Assembly: GCA_963555985.3 (NCBI GenBank)
Contig: OY820591.1
Span: 3,072,001-3,136,000 of the forward strand
Source of the DNA: Dehalococcoidia bacterium
GTDB taxonomy: Bacteria; Chloroflexota; Dehalococcoidia; Bin125
DNA length: 64,000 nucleotides
Direction of reading: 5' to 3'
How positions within the stretch are numbered: position 1 is the first letter of the stretch; each line of letters opens with the position of its first letter. The notes under the pieces were generated by a model, which was given only the letters and a program-made list of their open reading frames with translations, did not search any database and was not told where the DNA came from. Shown here one piece after another: positions 9,202 to 17,704 of the stretch. Made by a program: the position numbers and the translations under genes.

Positions 9202-11103
9202 TTAGCGGGCCGCAATCGTGATGGTGTAGGAGCCGCCAGGGGCGCTGTATCCGCGGACTTCCAGGTAGTAGACGCCCGAGGCGGGGGCTTCCCAATCGAT
9301 GCGTGAGGCCAGTGAGTCTGCGTGATCGTCGTTGAATGCCAACTCCTGCCCGGCGGCGTCGTACAACGTGATGACCGAATCTTCCAGCGTGTCGAGAGTG
9401 ACGTCGATCTGGTAGGACTGTCCCTGCTCAGCTTCGAACGCGAAGTAATCGCTGTCGTCGGCGTATTCGAGTGCGCCTGGCAGCGCCTCGCCGACTGTGG
9501 CAGCGGTGGCGTCAGCGGTTGAATCGCCATGGTCGTCGACGATGTCGGAGAGGCTGACGGTCAGGGTGTAGGAGCCGGAGCCGTAGCCGGTGACCTGCGC
9601 GTAGTGCGAGCCCGACGCGGAGGCCCTCCAGACGATGCGCGAGGCCAGTGAGTCTGCGTAATCGTCGTTGTAGGCCAGTTCCCAGCCGGCGGCGTCGTAC
9701 AACGTGATGACCGAATCTTCCAGCGTGTCGAGGGTGACGTCGATCTGGTAGGACTGTCCCTGCTCAGCTTCGAACGTGAAGTAATCGCTGTCGTCGGCGT
9801 ATTCGAGTGCACCTGGCAGCGCCTCGCCGACTGTGGCAGGGGTGGCGTCGGCGGTTGAATCGCCATGGTCGTCGACGATGTCGGAGAGGCTGATGGTCAG
9901 GGCGTAGGAGCCGGAGCCGTAGCCGCTGACCTGCACGTAATGCGAGCCCGAGGCGGAGGCCCTCCAGACGATGCGAGAGGCGAGCGAATCGATCTGGTCG
10001 TCGTTGTAGGTCAGTTCCCAGCCGTCGGCGTCGAACAGGGTGAGGATCGAGTCGTCCAGCGTGTCGAGGGTGACATCGATCTGATAGAACTGGCCTTGTT
10101 CAGCCTCGAACACGAAGAGGTTCCGGTCGCTCTCGTCTGCGAGCGTGCCCTGGGCGGCCTGGCCAACGGTCAAGACAACGGCCTGCTCGAAATTGAGTGA
10201 AGCTTCCGATTCAACGGATGTCGCCTCAACTGCATCGGACTCAGCAGTGACCAGGCTCGGAACGCAGGTCAAGAGGCCGATGACCATGGTCTCGCTCGCG
10301 TCTGAGTCTTCCTCAGCGTCGATCACGGCAGCCCAGTCGCTGTCGGCCGCCCACTCTTGCAGGCAGGCAACCTCGTCTTCGCTCAGATCTTCCAGCTCAG
10401 CGCCGAACCCGCTCAGTACGACGGTCAGAAGGTAGTTCGGGATGCAGTTGAAGAAGTCCGCGAGGAACGCGGCCAGTACGGACTGGTCGTTGGCGTCGTT
10501 CATCGCGGCGGCGAGCAGGGCGGCCGGATCGAGGTCCGCGATCGACTCGTTCAGGCAGGACAGCTCGCTCTCGCTCAACTCCACATCAACGCCTTCCAGC
10601 AATCCTGCGATGATGCTGGCGAGGAAGAGGGCGCGGGCGGTCTCGGGCGCGAGACAGGCGAATGCGGTTACTTCCCACTGCTGCGGGTTGTCCTCGCTGA
10701 GGACGGGTCGGCGGAGGGCTGATTCGAGCTGATCTGCGCCCAGCTCGCTGCGGAGACACGACTGCTCGGAGTCGGTGAGGGTGTCGAATACTTCCTGCCA
10801 CAGGGTGTCGCGATTGATCTCGAGTTCGGCGACGACAGCGGTTGGCTCCTGCGTGGACTGCTCAGCCGGTCGTCCGGAGGTCTCGGTCGTCGCGGATTGT
10901 TGGGCAGCGGATTGCTGGGCAGCGGGTTGGGCGTCGGCGGTCTCGGCGGCCGTTTGCTGGTCGGCCGTTTGCTGGGCGGCCGTTTGCGAATCGGCCGCTT
11001 CGGGCGCTGATGGCGGGTCGTCGCCGCAAGCGCTCAGGACGAACGCGACGGCGAACGCGAGGAGCAGAACAGGCGCGAGCGAGGGGAATCGAGCGACAGT
11101 CAT
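9202..11103 (-). CDS. acidic lipoprotein with three C-terminal PPC (pre-peptidase C-terminal)-like domains
   Basis: Lipobox LSAC; Gln/Ala linker; three repeats DYFxFEAEQGQSYQIDVTLDTLEDSVITLYD...NDD...GSYTL. Confidence 0.8.
   Translation of the reverse strand: MTVARFPSLAPVLLLAFAVAFVLSACGDDPPSAPEAADSQTAAQQTADQQTAAETADAQPAAQQSAAQQSATTETSGRPAEQSTQEPTAVVAELEINRDTLWQEVFDTLTDSEQSCLRSELGADQLESALRRPVLSEDNPQQWEVTAFACLAPETARALFLASIIAGLLEGVDVELSESELSCLNESIADLDPAALLAAAMNDANDQSVLAAFLADFFNCIPNYLLTVVLSGFGAELEDLSEDEVACLQEWAADSDWAAVIDAEEDSDASETMVIGLLTCVPSLVTAESDAVEATSVESEASLNFEQAVVLTVGQAAQGTLADESDRNLFVFEAEQGQFYQIDVTLDTLDDSILTLFDADGWELTYNDDQIDSLASRIVWRASASGSHYVQVSGYGSGSYALTISLSDIVDDHGDSTADATPATVGEALPGALEYADDSDYFTFEAEQGQSYQIDVTLDTLEDSVITLYDAAGWELAYNDDYADSLASRIVWRASASGSHYAQVTGYGSGSYTLTVSLSDIVDDHGDSTADATAATVGEALPGALEYADDSDYFAFEAEQGQSYQIDVTLDTLEDSVITLYDAAGQELAFNDDHADSLASRIDWEAPASGVYYLEVRGYSAPGGSYTITIAAR
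9290..10110. repeat. intragenic tandem repeat, 336-bp period
   Basis: GAATCGCCATGGTCGTCGACGATGTCGGAGAGGCTGA at 9521 and 9857; units nearly identical. Confidence 0.85.
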
Positions 11104-11248
11104 TCGGCGGCCCTCTCAGAGTGCGCTGATCGGAGAACGCGCCTCAATGTTCTTGCTCGGCCGGATCGGATGAAGCCGGCCCACCACCCCATGGTAGTCA
11201 GCAGACATGCCGGTGGCAGATTCGGGGCTCGAGGCTGCCCGGGAATGC

Positions 11249-11947
11249 TCACCACAGCAACGAGTCGCCAAGCTCCCGTAGTTGGCGGCGGTGGTGCTGC
11301 GCGTCGGGCATGACGCTCTCGACGAGGGCCCAGTATTTGGGGCTGTGATCCGGCTGAATCAGGTGGCAGAGCTCGTGCACCACGACGTAGTCGATGATTT
11401 CAGGCGGGGCGAAGATCAAGCGCCAGTTGAAGCTGAGCGTGCCTCTGGATGAGGCGCTGCCCCAGCGGGTCTTCTGATTGCGAATCTGGAGGCGCTTCGG
11501 TTGTACGCCGACAATCGGCGACCAGTGTTCGACTTGGGCGGTGAAGTGGTCGCGAGCGTACTCGCGCAGCCAAGCTTCGGCATACGCGGCGCGTTCCGGT
11601 TTCGAGACATCGACCCGGAAGCGCTCGCCGTCGAACTGAAACGGGGCCAGACTGGCCTCAACCGGATAGCGAACGCCAAGCAGCGGCAGCAAGCCGCCTT
11701 CACCCAACTGGGATCGCAAACCGATCGGGCGCGCGCTGTCCAGATGCGACGCGATCCAGTCGGCTCGCTGCGCCACGAACTCTGCAATCTGCTGTTGCGG
11801 CGTTCGCGCCGGCGCGAGCACGCGAACCCGGTCACCCTCGATCGAGATCGTGACGTTCTTGCGGCGGCGCGGGCTGCGGTGCAACTCGTAGCTAATCCGG
11901 CGACCGTTGACGGTCGCCTGGCGTTCGCTCGGACGGCCGCAGGGCAC
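11249..11947 (-). CDS. M48/YgjP (DUF45) family metal-dependent hydrolase
   Basis: QKTRWGS, LSFNWRL, YVVVHELCH (HExxH), HSPKYW. Confidence 0.88.
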   Translation of the reverse strand: MPCGRPSERQATVNGRRISYELHRSPRRRKNVTISIEGDRVRVLAPARTPQQQIAEFVAQRADWIASHLDSARPIGLRSQLGEGGLLPLLGVRYPVEASLAPFQFDGERFRVDVSKPERAAYAEAWLREYARDHFTAQVEHWSPIVGVQPKRLQIRNQKTRWGSASSRGTLSFNWRLIFAPPEIIDYVVVHELCHLIQPDHSPKYWALVESVMPDAQHHRRQLRELGDSLLW

Positions 11948-11949
11948 GG

Positions 11950-13242
11950 TCAGGTCCCGTTGGCAGCGCGGCTGAAGGCGGTACCCAGCCGCTCGGCGGC
12001 ATCCGGGAGCTGCTCAGCAGGCGGCCAGCTATAGGAGAGACGGAGCGACTCGCCGTCGTCGCCGGGATCGCGGCGGGGGTAGAAGTTGTGGCCGGAGGGG
12101 AAGGTGAGACCGTCTTCGGCGGCGATGTCGCGCACTGAGTCGGCGGTTAGGCCCTGGCGGAGCTTGAGCCAGAGAAAGAAGCCGCCGCTGGGAGCAGCGA
12201 GATCGAAGTAGGGCTCGCCGTAGGGATCGAGCGCCTCGATCAGGGTTTGGGCCTTGAGCGCGTAGAGGCTGCGCATCCGGTCGGCGTGCTCGCGGAAATC
12301 GCCGCGCACCATGTATTCGTGGAGCATTCGGTGCAGGAGGGGGCTGTTGCCCATGTCGAAGCGAGCGGGCACCATCGCCTGGATCCAGTCCGGCCGGGCC
12401 TGGACCCAGCCGACCCGCAGGCCGGTCGCGATCACCTTCGAGAAGGTGCCTACAGTGAGCACGCCCCAGCCGTCGGTCAGTTCCGAGAGTGTGGGCGGAG
12501 GCGGTGCGTCGAAGTAGAGCTCCGAGTAGGCGTGATCCTCCATCAGCAGGATCTGCCGGCGGGCCGCAAGCTCGATCAGGTCGAGCCGCCGTTCCAGCGT
12601 CATCGTCAGACCGGTCGGATTGTGGAAGGTGGGCTGGGTATAGATCAGCTTGACTCGCTCGCCCTCAGCTTCGAGCCGGTTGATGGTGGATTCGAGTTCG
12701 TCCAGGCGAATGCCCTCGTCGTCCATGCCAACGCCGACCACGTTGGCCTGCTTGCCCCGAATCGTGCGCAGCGAACCAGCGAAGGTGGGGATTTCGGTGA
12801 TCACGACATCGCCCGGATCGAGGAAGGAGGCGCAGATCGACTCGATCGCGCCGGCGGCGCCGTTGGTGAGCAGGTACCAGTCGGCATTGGGCTGGGCGGG
12901 ATGGTTGCGAGCGAAGTAGCGGGCCATCTCGTCGCGCAGCGGTTCGAAGCCCTGCGCGCCGCCGTAGACCAGTGCGGCGTCGCCCGGTTGCTCCAGAACC
13001 CGGCCGATCGCGGCCAGCAACTGCTCGCGCGGCTGGGTCTCGGCATCGGGAATGCCCGCGCCGAGCGAGATCGGCGGCCTCCCGCTGACCGGCGCTCGGC
13101 CCGAGAGGCCCCACTCGGTCATGTTGCCGGCGGTCATGCCGCGTGTCGAGATACTCGTGCCGAGCAGCGAAGGGAAGCTCTCCCAGGCCTCGCGCGCCGC
13201 TTCCACGGCGCGGCTATTGAGCGGGGCGGTCGGATTGGGCAT
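11950..13242 (-). CDS. PLP-dependent aminotransferase (class I/II, ARO8/MocR-like)
   Basis: PTFHNPTG, EDHAYSEL, GTFSKVIATGLRVGW, GGFFLW; AGGAG RBS before ATG 13242. Confidence 0.88.
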   Translation of the reverse strand: MPNPTAPLNSRAVEAAREAWESFPSLLGTSISTRGMTAGNMTEWGLSGRAPVSGRPPISLGAGIPDAETQPREQLLAAIGRVLEQPGDAALVYGGAQGFEPLRDEMARYFARNHPAQPNADWYLLTNGAAGAIESICASFLDPGDVVITEIPTFAGSLRTIRGKQANVVGVGMDDEGIRLDELESTINRLEAEGERVKLIYTQPTFHNPTGLTMTLERRLDLIELAARRQILLMEDHAYSELYFDAPPPPTLSELTDGWGVLTVGTFSKVIATGLRVGWVQARPDWIQAMVPARFDMGNSPLLHRMLHEYMVRGDFREHADRMRSLYALKAQTLIEALDPYGEPYFDLAAPSGGFFLWLKLRQGLTADSVRDIAAEDGLTFPSGHNFYPRRDPGDDGESLRLSYSWPPAEQLPDAAERLGTAFSRAANGT

Positions 13243-13681
13243 GTGGATCTCCTGCACTGGAGCGTCTGCGGCAACCAACTCAGCTTAGGGGAGGTTCCAG
13301 GCAAGCTATGAATGGCGAAATTGGGAGTGTTGCGACGGTCTCCACTGGGCGGATGGAAGAATTTTTGGGCGGACGAGGCGAATTTTGCGGCTGTGGGCGG
13401 GGAATTGGGCGTCAGGTAGTCCGGATTTGTCCAGAAAAGTTCCGATTCGGCGGGATTTGGGGCTGTTTGGAGCGGAATTGCGAGTGTGGATCCGGGTTTG
13501 TCTCGCTTTGTCCAGGTGGGCGGCGGCGGTCATGGCGGGTTCCGTTGGCGGTGGGCGCGGGAGTGAGTGCGGTTGATCGTATACGGACGGGCGTTCTGTG
13601 GCGGATCCGGGTTCTGGGCGGGATGTTGCGGGGGGCACAGTTGGGTTGGAGGCGGCGATTTCGCGGGGTGGGTGGGGCGGA

Positions 13682-13752
13682 CCCCCTCTGTCCCCCGCCT
13701 TCGCGGGGGCAGGCTCTACGTGACCTCTCCCCCCGCAGAGGGGGGAGAGGGG
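13682..13752. repeat. CTCTCCCC-type palindromic repeat with AGCCTG module (reverse orientation)
   Basis: Reverse complement is nearly identical to 55453-55524. Confidence 0.8.
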
Positions 13753-13780
13753 AGCTCGCGGCGAGTGATCCCCGCCTACG

Positions 13781-13913
13781 GAGAGCTTTGCAACATCCCC
13801 GATCTGAGCGTTTCGTCATTCTTGCAAACGCGAGAATCCACGTCTCACTCGATACGCCGCATGGATTCCCGCGTTCGCGGGAATGACGGAAACGGGGGTT
13901 TTGCAACGGCCTC
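13781..13913. mobile_element. MITE-like element with GAGxxxTTGCAA terminal inverted repeats
   Basis: Ends GAGAGCTTTGCAACA / TTTTGCAACGGCCTC; flanked by CCTACG / CCTGCG near-duplication; contains an internal CGTC repeat doublet. Confidence 0.7.
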
Positions 13914-14031
13914 CCTGCGCGGGGACAGGCTCGGCAGTGCGGGAGGAGGGGGGAATGGATTCGGCGCATCTCCCCGCAGTGCAGGGGGAGGAGAGGGGAT
14001 AGTGGAGGAGTATCCCTTGTAGGATCGCGCT

Positions 14032-15054
14032 ATGGCACAGGACATTCAGCTCGGCGTGCTCGACCAGATCCCGATCCGCTCAGGCGGTACCGCAGCCACC
14101 GCGATCTCGGAGACCTTCAAACTCGCCGAGACCTGCGACCGTCTCGGCTTTTCGCGCTACTGGCTCGCCGAGCATCACAACGCCGGCTCGCTCGCCTGCG
14201 CCTCGCCCGAGCTGTTGATCCCTCAGGTCGCCGCCCACACCGAGCGAATCCGGGTCGGTTCGGGCGGGATCATGCTGCCCCACTACAGCTCGCTCAAAGT
14301 GGCCGAGAATTTTCGCACGATCACGACTCAGTTCCCCGGACGGATCGATCTCGGGGTCGGACGCGCCCCCGGCTCCGACGGACGCACCGCGCGGGCGCTC
14401 GTGCATGGTCCGGGGGCGCTGGGAATCGACCACTTCCCCGAGCAGCTGCTCGACCTCTACGGCTGGCTGGCGGACGACCTGCCGCCTGACCATCCCTACC
14501 GCGACGTGCGCGCGGCTCCGCCCGACGCGCCGATGCCCGAGCTGTGGCTGCTGGGATCGTCGCACTACGGCGGACACGTTGCCGCCGAGTTGGGCTGGTC
14601 GCACTGCTTCGCCCACTTCATCTCGCCCGAAGGCGGCGAACAGGTGGTGCGCAAGTACCGGCAGCGATTCCAGCCCTCACCCGTCAGTTCGGAGCCGCGC
14701 GCTTCGTTGGGCGTCTCGGTCACGGTTGCGCCCACCAGCGAAGAGGCGGAGCAGCTCTGCTGGAGCCGCTGGTGCTGGCGGATCAAGGGCAACCGAGGCA
14801 TGAGAGGCGGCATCCCCTCGGTCGAGGAAGCGCTCAACTTCCCCTACACCCAGCCGGAGTTGGACTACCTCGGCTACATGCAGGGACGCAGTATCCACGG
14901 CAGCCCCGAGCGGGTGCGGGAGAAGCTGGAACAGCTTGCAGCGACCTACGATGTGGACGAGTTCATCGTACTCACGATCACCTACGACTTTGAGTCGCGA
15001 GTGCGCTCGTACGAGTTGCTGGCGGAAGAGTTTGGGATGCTGTCCGGGAACTAG
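14032..15054 (+). CDS. LLM-class flavin-dependent oxidoreductase (luciferase family, group 1 type)
   Basis: YWLAEHH, RVGSGGIMLPHYSSLKVAENF, IDLGVGRAPG, WLLGSS. Confidence 0.9.
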   Translation: MAQDIQLGVLDQIPIRSGGTAATAISETFKLAETCDRLGFSRYWLAEHHNAGSLACASPELLIPQVAAHTERIRVGSGGIMLPHYSSLKVAENFRTITTQFPGRIDLGVGRAPGSDGRTARALVHGPGALGIDHFPEQLLDLYGWLADDLPPDHPYRDVRAAPPDAPMPELWLLGSSHYGGHVAAELGWSHCFAHFISPEGGEQVVRKYRQRFQPSPVSSEPRASLGVSVTVAPTSEEAEQLCWSRWCWRIKGNRGMRGGIPSVEEALNFPYTQPELDYLGYMQGRSIHGSPERVREKLEQLAATYDVDEFIVLTITYDFESRVRSYELLAEEFGMLSGN

Positions 15055-15175
15055 CAATCTTCTCTTCCCCGTTCGAGGTCTATGCGTTCGACCGTTTTCG
15101 GCGTCCCAACACCGCACAAAGCGGTAGAATGGCTGAGCCGGAAATACGCCGTGCGAGCGGCCAAGAGGAGGACGG

Positions 15176-15466
15176 ATGCGGGACGCGGAAACTCCAACCC
15201 CCACCCGCCGGTCTGCTGAAGAGACTGCCCGCTTGGGTGACGAGCTCTATGAGAGCGAGATCCGGCAGCAGGTGGAGGCGGAGCACCAGGGCGAGGTGGT
15301 CGCCATAGATGTGGACAGCGGCAGCTGGGCGATTGGCGACAACGTGATCGCGGCGTCGGAGCGCCTGCGCGCGCAGAGCCCGGACGCGGTTGACGTTTGG
15401 CTGCTTCGAGTGGGACACCGGGCGCTGCATCACTTTGGCGGACGTCCTCTGCGGAGCGTCGAGTGA
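15176..15466 (+). CDS. small hypothetical protein (DUF5678-like, type usually paired with a retropepsin-like protease)
   Basis: GAGGAGG RBS; GDELYE...GEVVAIDVDSG...WLLRVG pattern. Confidence 0.65.
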   Translation: MRDAETPTPTRRSAEETARLGDELYESEIRQQVEAEHQGEVVAIDVDSGSWAIGDNVIAASERLRAQSPDAVDVWLLRVGHRALHHFGGRPLRSVE

Positions 15467-15549
15467 TCGCAGGCGCAGTGAACGCCGCGTACGAACCCGT
15501 CGTGCCGCTGACCATGACTCCGGCATTGGCGACGGAGTTGAGCTCGTAG
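15463..15549 (+). pseudogene. internally deleted remnant of a clan AA aspartic protease-like gene
   Basis: GTGA overlap with the upstream stop; reads MIAGAVNAAYEPVVPLT-MTPALATELSS*, with no DTG catalytic motif. Confidence 0.55.
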
Positions 15550-15556
15550 AGACTTC

Positions 15557-16978
15557 CTAACCCAGCCCAGCCGTATCCAGCTGATGTAGACGCAACATCT
15601 CCGCTACTACTGATCGCACTCGCTCGAAATCCGAAGGTTTCCGTCCCTCGAACACCACGGTCAGATACGGCGTCGTGTTCGACGCTCGAATGATTGCCCA
15701 GGCGCCCTCCGCGACGCTTGACAGGTCAATCCGCGCCCCGTCGATCTCGTTCACCGGCCAACGCTCGCGCGCATAGGCGGTGATCCAGTCGACCATCTCG
15801 AACTTGCGCTCATCGGCGCAGGCGATCTTGATCTCCGGTGAGATTTCGTAGCTCGGAATCCGCCCGATCCGCTCGTCCAACGACCCGCGCGAGGCGAGCT
15901 GCGCGATTCGGCAGGCGGTGCGCACGGCGTCGTCGGTGATGTGGGGCGGATCGTCGATTTGGTGAAAGTAGTGCGTGCTCGCTTCGCCGCCGAAGGCGAT
16001 CTGGTTGCGTTGCATCGCGTGTTTGCCCAGCGAGTGCCCCACCGGTCCGAAGATCGCCCGTCCGCCCTGCTGATGGATCGCGTCGATCACCGCTTGGGAG
16101 GTCTTGACGTCGATGTGAATGTCCGAGTTGGGACGGCGTTCGAGCCAGTCGCAGGCGAGCAAGGCCAGCACCGCGTCGGGCGCGACCCGGACTCCGCGCC
16201 CGTCGACCAGACCGATCCGGTCTCCGTCGCCGTCGAAGGCGAAACCGAGATCAGCTCCCACTGCGGAGACAAATGCGGCAAGTTGGCTCATGTTCTCCGC
16301 GTGCTGCGGATCGGCGGCGTGCGTGGGATTGGGGTCGTTCAGGTCGTCGTTGATCGCCTGCACCTCAGCCCCGCAAGCCCGCAACGCCCGCGCCGCCGTC
16401 AACGATGTCACCCCATTACCCGGATCAACGACAATGCGCAGCGGACGGGCGAGCGGGTAAGTCTTGGCCAGTGATGCGACGTACTGAGGGATCGGGTCCC
16501 AGTTCTGGATGCGGCCGCGCTCGTACGGTACCGCCGAGATTCCACGCTCGATTCGGAGGCCAATCTCCCGGATCAACTCGGGCAGGACCGGCGTTCCCCC
16601 CGGCTCAAGCAGCTTGATCCCGTTGTCGGCGGGTGGATTGTGGGAAGCGGTGATCGCGATCCCGCCCGTCGCGCGTTCGCCGCTCAGCTCCGCCGCCGCC
16701 CAATAGACCAGCGGCGAGGGCGCGCGCCGAATATCAACGACCTCGACTCTGGCTTCACGCAGACCGCTGCTGGCCGCCTTCTTGAGACTTGGCGTGGTGT
16801 GGCGCTGATCTCCGCCGATCACGGCGCGATCCGTGTCCCAACGCTCGCGCAGCAGCTCTCCGTAGGTTCGCGCGATGGCGTGCGCGAGCTCAGGCGTGAG
16901 CTGCGCGTTGTCGCCTGCGGCGCGACCGCGAATGTCGTAGGCGCGAAAGATCGTCCAGGGCACGGAAATCGGCTTCAT
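15557..16978 (-). CDS. phosphomannomutase/phosphoglucomutase, copy 1
   Basis: FRAYDIRG, TASHNP, FDGDGDR, FGGEASTH, RASNT. Confidence 0.9.
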   Translation of the reverse strand: MKPISVPWTIFRAYDIRGRAAGDNAQLTPELAHAIARTYGELLRERWDTDRAVIGGDQRHTTPSLKKAASSGLREARVEVVDIRRAPSPLVYWAAAELSGERATGGIAITASHNPPADNGIKLLEPGGTPVLPELIREIGLRIERGISAVPYERGRIQNWDPIPQYVASLAKTYPLARPLRIVVDPGNGVTSLTAARALRACGAEVQAINDDLNDPNPTHAADPQHAENMSQLAAFVSAVGADLGFAFDGDGDRIGLVDGRGVRVAPDAVLALLACDWLERRPNSDIHIDVKTSQAVIDAIHQQGGRAIFGPVGHSLGKHAMQRNQIAFGGEASTHYFHQIDDPPHITDDAVRTACRIAQLASRGSLDERIGRIPSYEISPEIKIACADERKFEMVDWITAYARERWPVNEIDGARIDLSSVAEGAWAIIRASNTTPYLTVVFEGRKPSDFERVRSVVAEMLRLHQLDTAGLG

Positions 16979-17023
16979 GGTTGTCTAGGCTACGCCCGCG
17001 AGGGCTTTGACGAACGGGAGGCG

Positions 17024-17704
17024 ATGGTGGAGTCGATCGATCAGGAACGCGCACTCTTCCGCTTCCTCAGCAAATCCGCCCGCAAGGGCGAACTGGCGGA
17101 GCGCAACGGCGCGCTGGCGCGTTTCGGACCTGATGCGGGCGAGGTTGACCTGGACACGGTTGCAACGGCAATGCAGGCGCGGATCGAGTCGATCTACGAG
17201 GATGCACCACCGCTCTCGCTGCTGCTGACGGACGCAAATGCGGAGCAGTTGGCCTCGATCCGCGCCTACGACTGGGTGCCGGTCGGCATCTACGTCTTCG
17301 GCCTGCCCGCTACCAAGACCCGCTCCGGCACCGCCGAGAGCACCGCGCACCGCAATCTCAAGGAGTGGGTCGCCGCCAACCCCGAACGGGTCGGAGCGCC
17401 CAGCCGAGCCTGGGCCATCACCGAGCGCTGGTTCCCCTCCGGCGACGAGTCGGATGTGGCGTTTCTGACCGAGAATGAGGCGCTGGTGGTGGAGGTACGC
17501 CCGTCTGGGGCGCACGAGCACGAGTTGAGGCAAGCCGTGTTCGCGCTGGTCAAGTTCCGCGCGGTGATCGAGGCGGAATCGCTGTTGATGGGCATCGAGG
17601 ATTCGGTGCGGGTAATGCTGGTCACGCCCGATGCGGTTTCGGAGACCGTGACCGCATTGGCCGAGCAGTTGTCGGTTGAGGTGCTGATTGCAGGGCCGCA
17701 CTAG
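17024..17704 (+). CDS. hypothetical protein with PD-(D/E)XK nuclease-like C-terminus
   Basis: GGGAGG RBS; ESTAHRNLKEWV...PSGDESDV...VVEVR...VKFRA pattern. Confidence 0.55.
   Translation: MVESIDQERALFRFLSKSARKGELAERNGALARFGPDAGEVDLDTVATAMQARIESIYEDAPPLSLLLTDANAEQLASIRAYDWVPVGIYVFGLPATKTRSGTAESTAHRNLKEWVAANPERVGAPSRAWAITERWFPSGDESDVAFLTENEALVVEVRPSGAHEHELRQAVFALVKFRAVIEAESLLMGIEDSVRVMLVTPDAVSETVTALAEQLSVEVLIAGPH

Noticed and set aside
9290-10110. Near-identical repeats as a DGR template/variable pair
   Set aside because: They are in-frame domain duplications, differences do not look adenine-specific, and there is no reverse transcriptase.
10905-10995. 15-bp tandem repeats (CAGCAAACGGCC-like on the minus strand)
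   Set aside because: They encode the low-complexity Gln/Ala linker of the lipoprotein.
13308-14045. Several overlapping ORFs in the 13.3-14.0 kb intergenic region
   Set aside because: They are translations of repeat/MITE sequence; only the short minus-strand frame sharing a motif with 34342 is kept as a tentative finding.
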